Assembly: GCA_034780895.1 (NCBI GenBank)
Contig: JAUZTB010000017.1
Span: 23,261,827-23,325,565 of the forward strand
Length of the DNA stretch: 63,739 nt
DNA from: Rhynchobatus australiae
Lineage: Eukaryota
Direction: 5' to 3'
Notes under the pieces: generated by a model
What the model was told of the DNA's origin: nothing
Seen by the model: the letters and a program-made list of their open reading frames with translations, nothing else
The model's database searches: none
Shown here: in pieces, positions 26,257 through 40,063 of the stretch
How positions within the stretch are numbered: position 1 is the first letter of the stretch
Layout of the letters: the number at the start of each line of letters is the position of its first letter
Program-made: the position numbers and the translations under genes

Positions 26257-26459
26257 NNNNNNNNNNNNNNNNNNNNNNNNNNNNNNNNNNNNNNNNNNNN
26301 NNNNNNNNNNNNNNNNNNNNNNNNNNNNNNNNNNNNNNNNNNNNNNNNNNNNNNNNNNNNNNNNNNNNNNNNNNNNNNNNNNNNNNNNNNNNNNNNNNNN
26401 NNNNNNTTTGAAAGAGCTGCATATTAGTTCCCTTTCCCTACTTTGTCACCAGCAGAGAG

Positions 26460-27095
26460 AATTGGAAACCTTTAGCACAATTTCCACTTCCATTTGCAGC
26501 TCCTCACATATTGAAGAAAGCAGTCAGTGGCTACGTGAAACAAAACATGGGCTACATTTGCGCATGGGCTAATGTGGCAAGTGACATTCACATTATTCAA
26601 ATGCCAGTTAATAACCAAAAAGAGAGATTCTAACTACTTCTCTTTATATTCAAGGGCATTGCCATCACTGACACTCCAACCACCAATTTCCTGGAGGGCA
26701 CCATTCACCATAAACTTAACCAGACTGGCAACACAGATACTGTGTCTACAAGAACAGATTAGAGACTATATGTACCACTGAATCCCATTTTCTCCATCTG
26801 TAAGGCAGTTCAAGAGTTTGATGAAATTACCTCCACTAACCTGGATGAGTCCAGCATCAACAAACCTTCCAGAAATTCAAAGCCATCCAGAGCATGGAGT
26901 TTTCTGATTAGTACCCAGTCCTTCACTCTGAGCAATTACTTCCGCCAACAGCAATGCACTCTGGCTTTGTATCTGCTATCTATAATTTGCACCATAGCAA
27001 ACCATCAAGTCTTTCATGCAAAATACTTCAAAAACCCAGAACTTGAAAGTCAAGATTAGTAGTAGGGAATGCAAGATTGCCTCCAAGCCACACAA
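26460..27095 (+). mobile_element. Old CR1-clade LINE fragment
   Basis: Same family as 22840-23830 and 46800-47165 (tgggctaatgtggcaagtgacattc, ccatctgtaaggcagttcaagagtttgatgaaatt, cctggatgagt). Confidence 0.55.
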
Positions 27096-28899
27096 GATTG
27101 ATCTGGAGTTCACAGAGTTTTGAACACATGACCAGGCCAGGGTTCTGGGTTGTGGGAAGATTTGATACATGGTCAAGGACAACATGGTGAGGAAGAGGAT
27201 GGGTTGGAGCAAATATTAATTCAGTTACTTTATGCAGTACACAAAAATGTCATGTTGTTACTCAATAGAGTTTCTATCCAATGAAATTCTCTATTTTTCT
27301 CTTTCTGCCGATACTGTGTGACCTGCTGAGTATTTCTAGCATTTTTCTGTTTTTCTTCTATCTCATGGTGCTACTACTGTTGTTAGCAATCTGTCATACA
27401 ACTACAATTACTACATTTGTGATGCTTTTCCAATTTTGATCAGGAAAACTTGTAGTAACTAGGAGTGCATTGAGGATTTAAAGGCATGTATGCTCCTCCT
27501 GTTTCTATTTCTTAGAAAAAAAAATGGCACCAGTACACATTTTTTCAGTGGGCTATTTTAGCCATTTTATGCTAGGCCTCTGGAATGATGAAAATTGCCC
27601 CTTGTGTTCATATCTGCAGTATTTATCTAGCTATATCCTGAGTAGATATTCTTCATACAGGTTTGTCTGGTTGTATTTTGTACCTTGTTTGTGTTTTGCA
27701 TTTTTTATTATGTTGTGATAGTCTGGCATCCAGCTGGACTAATTCCAAGTACCAGCTTTGTCTGGATGCTTCAAACTGCTGAGGAGCATTGTCTCAATAG
27801 TTCACAATGTTCTGTTAAACTTTGATTTGCATTCCTTTCAGTGTTAGCTCATGAAAGAACTGCATCCTCTTGTGGTGAAAAAATAATAGTACAAGTTGAA
27901 GGTCTCCAGTCTTGATTGTTGAATTAACTGAATATTTATTTTAAGTTTACCCATTCTTTTGAAAGAAAAAAGTAGTTTCCTTTACAAATCCAAAACGCAC
28001 AGGAAGTTAGTATTAAGGCACATGATGGGTGATTTTATGTGAAGCAAGTTACATTTGGGAAAACCCACCTCATTTAATTTNNNNNNNNNNNNNNNNNTTA
28101 TCTGTCATCTGGCATTTGTATTCACCCTGAGACGACAAGCATAGCAATGTGAAGAAATGCAAGAAAACAAGTCAATCCTCGTCTGAGTGGTTGCTGAGGC
28201 CTACCCTCACATCACCTATGAAACGGTATTACAGTAGAGAGGGCACGGAATGGATAATCTTGAGTCTCTGGAATGAGGTAGTGTCCTCAGATTAGTAAAC
28301 TCAAAATTGGAATGCATACTTACAATTTGAAGTACAGTTACCAGCAGAGGTATTATAATAAGATACATTCAAAGTATAAATCCATAATCATGAAGAGTAC
28401 ATACCATAGCTTGAAGCTAAGATCTGTGAAGGGAGTGAGGGAAGGGGTTGTCAATAGTCTGAAAATCAGCTGTTGTGTATATAATATCATTACAGAATTC
28501 CTCTTATCTGACTTGGACATCCAACCTTTAGAGAATAAGTCCAAGGGCAGTCCTGCTGAATAGTTCTCGTATTCACTCTGGTGTCACCTGACAGACAAAA
28601 TGTCAGTATCCTGTGATCAGCAGTGAACAATGCTAAATCAGCAATTATGTCCAAAATAAACTGAAACTTACCTTGGAGTGATCTTCTCTTGAATGGCTGG
28701 AAGGAATATCTCTGCAGAACAAGCCTCACATTGACGGACAGGTAAGTCATGCCTCATATTTGGCCAGAAGTGTCATAAATGGCCATTTGACTACTGCAGG
28801 AGAGAGGTAGAAGCCAAAAGAGATGGGGTGGTGAGAGGAGGAGAAAGAAGAGGCAAGAAGGGGAAGAAGCATTGGGAGAGAGTAATGAGGGGGCGCGAA

Positions 28900-29190
28900 G
28901 GAGCACCAATTTAGTGTACTCACTCATTACCAATGATGTGGTCTCCTCCACATTGGGCAAACCCAATGAGATGGGGTGACAGCTTTGCAGGACACCTCTG
29001 TTAATCCTGAGCTTCCAGATGTCTGTCACTTTAATTCTCCATCTCCCTTCTCTGAATGGTAAGACTTGTTTGATTTCAAATTTTTCCTTGTTCTGGAGAA
29101 AAGTTATTATCCTGAAACAATAATTCAATTTTTCTCGTCACATTTCCTGGCAGACCTGTTGAGTATTTCCAGCGATATATTTTATTTTAT
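28900..29190 (+). mobile_element. Penelope-like element remnant (GIY-YIG region plus terminal repeat)
   Basis: aatttagtgtactc...gatgtggtctcctccacattgggcaaaccc...ggggtgacagctttgcaggacacctc fits a decayed NLVY..CGLLYIGET..GDRFAEHL; gacctgttgagtatttccagc at ~29155. Confidence 0.55.
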
Positions 29191-29814
29191 ATGAAATTCT
29201 CCTCATTTGGTGAAGTGGTTGAAGCTCCTATTATTGTATAGAGGAGCTGTCCTAAGCAGTGCATTGTATTTACTCATATGTCCGGGATATTTGTGAGTTC
29301 TGTGTGGGCTCTAACTAATCTGCATGCTGTAATTCTATTTTCATATTGTCATTCTACAATTAAAAAGAAAACATTAACCTAAACTTCTATAAAATACTGT
29401 TTGTTAAACTATCCAGTATATTGATTAGAGAAATAAAAATGCAACCATGGAATCAATTTTGTTGTAGGAGCAACTGGAGAAAAGCACTGATATTTGAAAT
29501 TACAATTTGTATTATTGAAAACAATTACATTCAGGTTATTTAAAATCTTGTGAAGGAGACATGAAAAATCAAGAATAATTTATAATCATAGCTAAATAAT
29601 ATCTGTCTAATCATGGAACCCTCAACAAACCACTTGAGGGCAGCACCATCACTTCGTGGAAGGTCCTGTGCTTCAAAATAGCTGCAGCTCAGCAAGAAGA
29701 ATGTTATTTTGTCAAAGAATGTAGAAACAGAACCAAGTAGATTGGTGAAAACACAGACTTGATAGAGCTAAATTTTCTATAGCCATTGGTGCTATAGTTA
29801 TTATTTCGTTTATT

Positions 29815-30300
29815 AATTCATGAGATGAAGATATGCAAGCAAGGACAACATTTATTATGTAGCCCTAATTTCCCTTGAGAATGTGACAGTGACATTTCCA
29901 TTGAACCACCCAGCCAAAGTGGTTACTGTCTAGCCACAGTGCTGTTGGGGAATCAGCTCCAGTATTTTGCCCAGGCAACAATGATGAAATGCAGTAATAT
30001 ATTTCCAAGACAAGATGGAGTATGACTGGAGGGAACTTGGATGTGGTGGTGTTTCCATGCACCTACTGTCGTTGTCCTTCAAGGTGATAGAGGTTGCAGA
30101 ATTAGGAGATGCTGCTGAAGCTGGCTTGAGATGTTTCTGCACTGCATCTTGCAGATGGAAGACATTGCAGGTGAAGTTATATAGGTGGTGGAGGAGATGA
30201 ATGTTCATGATATTGAATGCAGTATGAATCAATCAGATGCCTTTGTCCAAGTTCACACTTTTTGAGTGTTGTTAGAGTATACTTAACCAACTGTACTCAT
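29815..30300 (-). mobile_element. Old CR1-clade LINE 3' end
   Basis: Reversed tail (aaggacaacatttattatgtagccctaatttcccttgaga) then aatcagctccagtattttgcccaggcaacaatgatgaaatgcagtaatatatttccaag...ggtgtttccatgc...gtccttc. Confidence 0.65.
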
Positions 30301-32789
30301 CCATGCCAATCTTCCCAGAAACTGATACCCAGGTATACTAAAGTTAGCTGCAGAATATAAATTCATCTTCACTGACCTGCAGTGTATACCATCAGCAAAA
30401 TGCAGGGCTGTAACTCATCTTACTGCTAATTGGTGCCATCTAAATGTTGGAAAAGCTTTGGGGTGGAAATATGGCAGTGGTCAGAGTGAGGGAAAGTGCT
30501 TCAGAGGTTACAGGAGGCCTAGCAGAACAAAATACAAATCAGTTGCTTTATTATAGCTGTCTTCGTTATAAAAACAATGGGATGAAGTTGACTTCTTTGA
30601 GTAGTAATATGGATCTCTAGCTTTTCCTAAGAGGAATTGCACAAACCTATGGTGNNNNNNNNNNGACAATGCGTTGTAGGCATAAACTAATTTAAGGTGG
30701 ATCTGGATTGTTCTTAAGTGAAGCGAGAAATCGATGGATGTAAGAAATAGAATGTAACACTTTCAAAACAAAGATTAACCAGATACATCTCATGGTCTTT
30801 TACAGTCTGCTAGTTTCTATAATTCCTGCATGCCTGTGGTTGGCTGTAGATGTTATTTTAAGAATCAAATATATACTTGAATGAATTCAATTTCTAGTAA
30901 CTTGAAAACATCAGTTATTACAGTTGAATGGTACTTTACAGTATTATCTATCAGACATACTGGTGCATTTGGGATCAGATATGTGCTAGCAGTAAAACCA
31001 ATATGTCNNNNNNNNNNGTTGCAGATTTACTTAGGATTACTTCATATGTTAAGTAATAATTTTCTGTGTTCATAGTTGTCATTTCATAAAAATGAAGAAA
31101 CTTGTAGCATTTTGTAAAATTTCTAGTTGTCATTAAGTTTGGCTGTGAATCACTAAATTATCACAGAATAAGCTGTTCTACATTTTTGGACCCAATGCCA
31201 GCTTCAATGTCCTCTAAATAGAAAAAAAATTACAATGTTCTTCTTCAAGATATAGGGGAGAACATGGATGTAAGTTTAATCAAGTACTTCTGGTTATCTG
31301 CAGAATAAAAAGTTGTCTTCCCTGTGTTGGCAATTTGATTTAACCGCTGTGGAAGGAAAGGATTCATTATTCCACCAACTTGATTTATTACTTTATTTNN
31401 NNNNNNNNTCAGTTCTATGTTCACTCTGTCTGATTTCCAATTGAGTGAAAATGTATCATTTTCAGGCACAGAGGATTGAAAATGCCTCATTTTAGTTTAT
31501 GTGAGACAAAAACAGACATCAGAGCCCCAGAAAAGTGATGAATGCTGTCTCAGTGTATTGGGGAGAAATTGAATTGGACTGGAAAACTTGTGCTGGAACA
31601 GTAGTATGTAAAATTTGCATTCGTGCTTCTCATCACAATTGTCATCAAGACAATGCTGATCGTGTTGTTTGTCATATTGATGTTTAATCATGGGGTGGAT
31701 CTTCAGGACTATATTTCAGGAGTTTGGGAGTTGCACAATTTCGCACAACTGAAGTTGACTATCACTGTTGTCCTGCTGTGAGTCCTCAGGAGCAGGATGT
31801 GTGCAACTTCACCCCTGAGGGACCTGGTCTCCTTTCAAGACTGACACATACCCATCCTGTGGCTAGACTACACTTGACATGAAATGGAGTGTCAGCACGG
31901 AGCTGGTAGGTTTGACTTCTGGTCACAGTGTCCCTCCCTCTCAACTTGAAATGGCTCAGCAGCCGGAGGCTGGATAGCAGTTTGCTATTGAATGGTTAAA
32001 AGAAAGAGGTCAGGTCATTGTGAGGGAAGTAATAGGTGCACGTCTGCATCATCTGGTTAAATCAAAAGAGATTTTGGGATGAGGGGGAAACAGGAAGTAA
32101 GCAGCGGGATTAGTTATGAGGAGACCAGCAACTTCAAAGATCTCTTCCCCATTGCTGGATGTAAACTCTGTGGCAGCCACTCTAATAAAGGCCAGCATTC
32201 TCTTCTCTAGGTCGCAGAGCTTATGGCTGTGCTATTGTCAGTTGCCAATGTATTGTTGCTGGTGGTAGATCTCTAACCATATTGTCCTGCTGGTGGAGAT
32301 AAATAATGTTACTGTGTTGCAGTGTGTCTGGGTGATATGCCTGCCATGTTTGGATTGCATAAACTGTGAGATGTTAACATCAGTGCTGGATCAATGGCAC
32401 ATAAGTGAGAATGTAGTGACACATGCAAATATTAGATATGAGTCCTGATCAATAGAAATTGCTGTTAAATGATTGATGGAGCAGTACAGAAGGCTTTTGG
32501 AGTGCTTCATGGGAAATAGGGTCTGATGCATTTACTGACCATGGGTGTGAAGTCATTAAACTTTTTCCAACTTTGCATTCAGATCCTGCTACTTAACTCT
32601 TGGTGTTGACCTTGTTAGTTATATTCCACCGGTAGAGTTTCCTAATGGAGTCAGAATTCATCCTGGGCCTCTGGACATTGAAAACATTTATCCTTTCCAC
32701 TTCATTGACTAAGGATCCCAGGACTGATTCACAAGGTAAGGATGTCTACTCTCTCCTGCATTCTGCCATAACTTCATCCATTTCAAAGC

Positions 32790-33145
32790 TCTGGTGAATG
32801 GTTGCACAGCTAGTAGAGCTGCTGCCTCATAGCACCAGAGACCTGGGTTCAATCATGACTTCTGGTGCTGTTTGTGTGGAGTTTGCATGTTCTCCCTGTG
32901 ATGGGTTGGGCTTCCTCCAGGTGCTCTGGTTTCCTTCAACATCCCAAAGCTGTGCAGGTTGGTAAGTTAACTGGCCTCTGTAAATTGCCTCTAGTGTGTT
33001 GGTGAATTTGGGAGAGTGAGGAGAATGTGGAGAGGCTAAAAACAAAATGGGATTAATGTAGGATTGGTGTAAATGGGTGGTAGATGGTCAGCGCAGACCT
33101 AGTGGATTGAAGAGTCTGTTTCCGTGCGCTACGTCTCTATGTATC
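32790..33145 (+). mobile_element. HE1-like V-SINE, near full length
   Basis: A/B-box-like head (gcacagctagtagagctgctgcctca...ctgggttcaatc), V-domain ggagtttgcatgttctccctgtg, and a 3' tail shared with the CR1/HER1 LINE ends (gatggtcagcgcagacctagtggattgaagagtctgtttccgtg). Confidence 0.88.
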
Positions 33146-35354
33146 TGCATCGACTTCCAACAACTTTTGGAGGCAATGAGCACCTCCCTTTTAAGGGGAC
33201 CAATCATGCAGCACCTGGTGGCTGAGGTTTCAACCTCATTTGTAGCACAGACAGAAGTGATTCAGTGTCAGTTCAGACTTCTGCCATTCAAGCAAAGCTT
33301 GCTGCCATGGCAATTCCGATTGCTGCCATATCCGTGTGTACCAGTGTTGTAGTGGCTTTGAGAGTGTCACGAACTCCACCAATCTGTCTTGTAACACATC
33401 CCTATACTTGCTGAGGCTGGAGTGGCAGTGGATCCTCGATGCCTGAGTTGACTAACTGCTTCTAATACAATAGCATTTGTGTTTCTATCATTGTCGCACA
33501 CCACTACTGAAGACCCGATGCAAGTTACCAAAACTCTGACTCATTGCACAGAAAGGGAAATTCAGATATCTTGCCTTCCATTGAAGCTCATTTCTCACAA
33601 ATATCTAAAACCCCTAATAATGCCCAGAAAGCCTTGTGCAAACAGTGGATATAACCATGATTATTGTGTAGCAGGGGCCAGGATAGGGTCTGGTTACAGT
33701 AGCTCAGGACTTCTCGTTGGCTTTAGTCTTTAATGAATTATACTTCTCCAGAGCTCAACCAGACAATGGCACCATATTGATATTTCTCAAGCAAGTTGAT
33801 TGGCTGAGAACCAAAAATGGCCATTTAAGAAAAACTATAATCCAACCATTTTGGTTGTATTTCTTTGTAAGATAATCCATGTTGGGCCAATCTCTTGCTC
33901 ATTCACATAGCTGTTGTAATCATGCCATCTTCTGGAATCCTGCCTAGGTGACCTCTGTGTGTGATGTTGAACACTGACAAACACAAGAATGTTCAGGAGG
34001 AGATGTTCCAACCACAGGCTTTTGTTAAACTTATGGGATCTACTTTGAGGGTTTATGTGAATAACTTCTACTGGGCATAGGACTCTTTCTTGGGACATTT
34101 ATTCCAGGAGTCCCTATTTCAGTATGGATAAGTCTTAATTGCAAGGATTGTCTACTACCATGTATTTGGCAATGGGAAGGTGAATTGCTTTTCAATTTAC
34201 ATGGAAGTGTAATTTCATACATCAAATGATGTGAATGGTCATAAGACCACTAATTCAACAAGGTCAGTTATGCTTAGCCTCCCTGTGTAAGTGAGCATTA
34301 GGTTTGTTGCTTCAGAAGAAATTCTGCAAACAGGCAGTTTCTGCTTGTCATCAAGTGTCCCTTTTAAACTATGGTTCTGCGACGTAGTGATTAGACTTTT
34401 GATCAGAGACAAGCTGAACATAGAAAACTTAAAAAAATAATGCACCCAATGTGTACTAATGTAAAAACTCATTCTGGGAAGATGCAGGTGGTTCTCCCAG
34501 TTTGCAAAACAAAGATTGCTGCTCCAGGGCTCCCCCAGTGTGTTGCCTGGGTGCTTGTGGCACAATTAGGCAGATCAACAAAGATTCACAATTACTCAAG
34601 GACCAATGTCACCAACTGCCAGTCTTCAGTCATTTGATTTGTGCACATAAGACTTGAGAAATACAACTGTTCAACTTGCCCAATAGTGTGTGTTATATGG
34701 CAAATGCCAGCTGACAATGAAATTCTAAGTAAATTAGCACCAGTGGGGCTGGAAAAACTTCTAGTTGTTGTTGTTCTGCCCACCATGACCAACTTCCTGT
34801 TGCATTCAGAACTTGTATCTGCTATTTTTTTTATAAGTGCACCGTTTTTGTGTGTAACTTCAATGGAAAACCAATTTTCTGATCTTGCCATTTATGATAA
34901 AATGTGAAAAACATTTCAAAAAGTTACCAAATATCTAACATAAATAGTTTGTTAATATATTAGAAATGTTCCAGGTCTCAGTCTGGCAAAAAACATAATG
35001 TCACAACTTAAAGGTGTATTCTTTGAAAGAAAGCTGCTCATTGATAGTTAATGGGAAAACTTTTCTGCCAAGTGAAAGGATTTTCTACATCTTGTCAGGA
35101 AACACATTAAAATATTAAATAAAGACTTTAGGATATGACTGAGAGAAAGAAACATCTAAATGACCTCAAGGAAGCACAGCAACTGGATCTTGTGGTTTAT
35201 CTTGCGGCCAAACATTCAGATTCACGTCTCTGATAGATTATTGCGAAGTGTATTACATAGAGCAACTATATTTATAAATCAGCATATCTTTTTGTTTTCC
35301 CTGGGCCCAATACTGCTTGAGCTTACAAGAAAATGAATCGATATTGCTGTTCAA

Positions 35355-35655
35355 AACAAGGTCACAATCTTTTTCCCAGGGGAGGGGAATCTAAAACTAA
35401 AAGGTATAGATTTAAGATGAGGGGCCATGTTTCAGACAGAGGGTGGTGGGTATGTGGAATGAATCATGAGAGGAAGTGGTTGAGGCAGGAACAATTACAA
35501 TGTTTAAAAGACAATTGGACAAGTACGGTGATAGGAAACATTTCGAGGGATATGGGCCAAACACAGGCATACGAGACTATCTTAGGTAGGCAACTCGGAT
35601 GTCGTGGACAAGTTGGGCCAAAGGGCTTGTTACCATGCTGTATAACTCTATGACT
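35355..35655 (+). mobile_element. CR1/HER1-like LINE 3' end
   Basis: HNLFPRGGESKTKRYRFKMRG and tail gttgggccaaagggcttgttaccatgctgtataactctatga. Confidence 0.85.
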
Positions 35656-36004
35656 AAGACCCAACAGGTGGCCACGCTCAATGTAGTTTGTATGTGCCAC
35701 AGTGAGCAAAAGTAAGGACATCGCAGGCAATGTGCCAGAAGCTCATCCCTGCACAAACAACACCATGGTTTCCACCACCAGGCTGAGGCACTTAATGCCA
35801 ATCTCACTGGTGCTCTGTTGCAGTCCACCAGCATCAAGATCTCAGGTAGCCTATTGCAGAACCCTCAACCCACGGAACATCTCCGACAGGGTTTTTAAAC
35901 ATCTGTCAAAACTTTGAGACTTTCTAACAGTTTTAAATGTCTATGAAAATTCAGATTCAAAAGCCCTTAATTAAGAAAAATAAAAATTATATATATTTTT
36001 TAAT

Positions 36005-36362
36005 TGGGGCAGCACAGTGGACATCTAGTAAAGCTGCAGACTCACAGCTCCAGTGACCCAGATTCAATCCTGATTTTGCATGCTATGTGTTTGGAGTTTG
36101 CATGTTCTCCCTGTGACCATATGGGTTTTCTTCCAGTGTTCTGGTTCCCTCCCACATCCCAAAAATATGTGGTCGATAAATTAATTGGCCACTGTAAATT
36201 CCCCATAGTGTCTAGACGAATGAAAGAATCTGGGGGAGTTGACGGGAATGTGGAGAGAATAAAATGGATTAAGGTAGGCTTAGTGTAAATGGGTACTTGA
36301 TGGTCAGTGTGGAGTTGGTGGACCAAAAGGCCTTTTTCTGTGCTGTATCTCCCTCTAAGACT
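36005..36362 (+). mobile_element. HE1-like V-SINE, near full length
   Basis: ggggcagcacagtgg...gacccagattcaatcctg...ggagtttgcatgttctccctgtgacc...cccacatcccaaa...tgtaaattcccc...gatggtcagtgtggagttggtggaccaaaaggcct. Confidence 0.88.
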
Positions 36363-37097
36363 CAAAAACATACATTGGAAGACAACAGAATATTTAGAAA
36401 TTATTATAAACACTAAAACAAAATAGTTTAAACTAATAATTTAGTTCCCCTATTGCACAGGCTGAGAATCCACATTTAAATAAATGAAGTTTCAGATTCT
36501 TTGCCAGGTCTGACCGATCATATCTGAGTGATCAACACCAGCNNNNNNNNNNNNNNNNNNNNNNNNNNNNNNNNNNNNNNNNNNNNNNNNNNNNNNNNNN
36601 NNNNNNNNNNNNNNNNNNNNNNNNNNNNNNNNNNNNNNNNNNAAGACGAAGCTTCACAGATGGACTTTGTGAGGTCTGAATGTCAGTGATTCCCTTTGGA
36701 GCCATTAGCTAGAGCGAGTAAGATTTAGCCTAACATTATCGAAGCATGCACGTTGTTATAAAGATCACCTTCTCAAAATAATCTATCAAGATATTGGTAA
36801 ATCTTCTGATCATCTTTTTCAGAGATAGAATTTGGAAATAGTTATGCACTGATGATCCCCTTAAGAATGTAAACAATGAGACATTCATTAGCTTGTCCTG
36901 GCAATTGAAAAGTAATTCATGTATTAATCTGACTCTCCTCTGGCTTTGAACTAAGAAGCAAATATATAAGCACGGACTCAGGTCTGCCTGCTCCTCGAAA
37001 AGGAAACTGCAAGGCTCAGCTTTGTGAAGTCAGAAGCAGCATGCTGGAGTTTATTCTCGAATCATATTGTTCTGGTCAACAGCAACCTGCTGATACG

Positions 37098-37415
37098 GAG
37101 ATGTGGTGGTGCAGCTGCTCCCTCACAGGTCCAGCAACCCAGTTCATTCCTGACTTCCAGTGTTGTCTGTGGGGACTTTGTCTGTTCTCCCTGTGACTGT
37201 GTGGGTTTCCTCCGTGTCCTTCGATTTCCTACCAGATCTCAAAGATATACGAGTTGCCAGATTAAATGGCTCTTGTAGATTGCCCCCAGTGTAAATGAGT
37301 GATAGAATCTGCGGGAAATTGAGGAGAATGTGGGAGAATAAAATGGGATTGGTGGAAGTGGGTCAGTGTGGACTTGATGGGCTGAGAGGTCTGTTCTTGT
37401 GTTGTATGACTCCAT
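37098..37415 (+). mobile_element. HE1-like V-SINE
   Basis: Same head, V-domain (tgttctccctgtgactgtgtgggtttcctccgtgt) and CR1-like tail as the copies at 32790 and 36005. Confidence 0.82.
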
Positions 37416-38354
37416 TATATATTTGTTATTATGCAAAGAAACATTGTGCTGAGTCAGCTAAGTTACTCTGAGTATAACTGTAAATGAATGTTCATACATA
37501 ATGAGAAAACGAACTTAGCAATTCATATCTGGGATCATCCTGACAAATATTTTGTCAGTCCCTGGGAGGATCAAAGCAGCACTGAGAGAAGGACACAGAG
37601 ATCCCATTCAGTTCAAAGTGGTTGTAGGGGGCCTATGGTTTTTACCCCAGGCTACATTATGATGTTTTTAGATAGTATGCAGTTCAGTCCCACNNNNNNN
37701 NNNNNNNNNNNNNNNNNNNNNNNNNNNNNNNNNNNNNNNNNNNNNNNNNNNNNNNNNNNNNNNNNNNNNNNNNNNNNNNNNNNNNNNNNNNNNCCACACC
37801 TAAAGGTGACAGATTACTTATGACAGTGACAGGAACTTCTGCTTCCAAGATAATATCTCTTTAGGCAGAAATGCAGACTTGTGGAAAAAAACTACTCTAC
37901 CACATGTGCCAAACCTCCTGCTGAGCTCCAACCATTGATTTACTCACTCACTGGGAATTTTCTTTTAAACGTTACCACAGCATGACAATCTCAATGAAAT
38001 CTATTTTTTTTCGAGCAACTAGGTAAATCTATTAAATGTATTCTTGGTAGGATCACCTACAGCACGAGAAGAATCTTTTAAACCATGCAGCAATAAAATA
38101 GCTATTGCACATAAGCAAGACAAGCAACCAGTTATTCACATAACTTAGTTGAGAAAAGATATAAATAAACAGGAGTTATAACATGATGCGCTAAGCCATA
38201 AAGAACATAAGTGAAATTAAGGCTTCTTGATAAGTTGTAAGTGACAAAGCCATTAGTTAGTTCATATGGTTTCAAAATATGAAAATGATGTTCAAATCTT
38301 GAACATGTTTTTGAAAGCAAATATTCTTTGTGGACCAAAGAACTCAGTGAAATG

Positions 38355-38615
38355 AATCTTAAGTGCAGAAATCCAGGCTGGCACTTCAGTACAGTACTGC
38401 GAGGGTGTTGGAGGTGTTATCTTTCATATAAGTTGTTAAACTGAGACTGTCTGTTCTCAGGTTAAAAACATTAAGATTCTATGGCATTATTTTGAGGAAC
38501 AGTGGGGTATTCTGGCCAACATTTATCCCTTGCCCAACTTTCTGAAAACAGATCAACTGCTCATTATCACATCACTGTTTGTATGAGATTACAGTGGGAA
38601 ATTCTTTGTGCACAG
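38355..38615 (+). mobile_element. DeuSINE (SacSINE1/AmnSINE1-related) remnant
   Basis: ggctggcacttcagtacagtactg...ggaggtgttatctttca...gttaaactgag...tctcagg...aagattctatggcattattttgaggaa...ctggccaacatttatccct...aaaacagat...tcattatcacat...gtttgt matches the remembered Deu domain. Confidence 0.75.
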
Positions 38616-38929
38616 GTCCTTTACTAAATGGCTTGTGAAGCTGCATAACCCTTGTAAAATCATGCATACTTCCACTATAATTATCTATATATATATTTTA
38701 TATTAAAATCTTTATCTGGTAAGCTCTGCAACTTGAGTTCATATATTCTTTGGCTTAACAACCTACACTAAATTAATATATCTTACTGCGTATCTGCATT
38801 AGGTATAAATATTATAGTTTAACAGTTCAGAAATGTTTCGATCACTGATCCCGATAAGTGCTGAAATTCTTAAGTTTGTATCAACTTGGATTTGGAAACT
38901 AAGGGACAACTCAACACCTGGAAGGAAGG

Positions 38930-39930
38930 AGGTTAGTTGAAGGCATTGAAAAATTGGCAGAATAGGTGAATGCATTAGCAGTTAAAATTTAACCCAGAGA
39001 AGAGTGGAGTGATGTGTTTTGGAAGGTAGAAAGAACATCTTCATAAATGGAGGCATAAAGTATAAAACCAAGGACAATATGACAAACTAAAAAAACACTG
39101 TTTTGGCCAGAGCTGAATTATCGCTGCATTCTTGTATTGCTGCAAACCTAGTCACCATAATTTAGGAAGGAAGTCAAGCCTTCAGAAGATGCAGAAAAGA
39201 TTTACTTGAATGACTGCGGATTGAGGTATGTGTGGAAGAAGGAAAGGCTTAAAAAGGTGGAATTGTTCTCCTCAGAGCAGAGAAAATTGATGGAAATAAA
39301 GAGGGATTTGGCATAGTAGATGGAAACTGTTTCCATTTAACGTGATTGGTCTTCATTGCAAGATGTTTTGAACAAAGGAACAAGGATTTCATACTCCAAT
39401 TACACTAGACCTTGATAAGGATTATGTGCAGTTTTGGTCTCCTTACCTCAGGAAGGATATACTTGCCATGGAAGGAGTGCAGTAAAGGTTCACTGGAGTG
39501 ATTCCTGGGATGGTGAATCTGCCATCTGAGGAGATATTAAGTCAGCTTGGTTTGTATTCAATGGAGCCTAGAAGAATGAGAAAGATTCTAATTGGAATTT
39601 ATAATGACAGCACTTGGCAGACGAGAGGTGGGGAGGATGTTCCCAAGTCTGGTGTGTCCAGAATGAATGGGCACAATCTCAGGTTACAGGACATGAGATT
39701 TAGAACTGAGATGAGGAGACACTTCTTCACATAGAGGGTTGTTAAGCTGTGGAGTGCACTACAACAGAGGGAGGTAGAGGCCAAGCTGCTGAATATTTTT
39801 AAGAAAAAGACAAATTTCTAGATGCCGCAGGCATCAAGTGGTACGGGGAGAGAGCTGAATTGTAGTAACGAGGTAGAGAATATGTCTTGCCTGTATTGAA
39901 TGATGTAACAAGCTCAGAGGAGAAGTGTGC
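38930..39930 (+). mobile_element. Two adjacent decayed CR1 LINE ORF2 3' fragments
   Basis: 38930-39345 (aaatttaacccagagaagagtggagtgatgtgttttgg; gcagaaaagatttac) and 39390-39930 (YVQFWSPYLRKDILAMEGVQ*RFTGVIPGM...RHFFT*RVVKLWSAL). Confidence 0.75.
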
Positions 39931-40063
39931 TGTTTGTGAATCTTTGGCATGGTTTGCAACTCAGTCATACATCACCATTTTGGTCTGCTCCCATTTTTTT
40001 TCCCTCACATCTTCAAATTTGAATGCAAGTGTTTATTATCCCATAATTATCTTTTCTTACCAA

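Noticed and set aside
32790-32870. tRNA-like A/B boxes (also at 17530, 36005, 37098)
   Set aside because: They are SINE heads continuing into the V-domain; no cloverleaf, so not tRNA genes.
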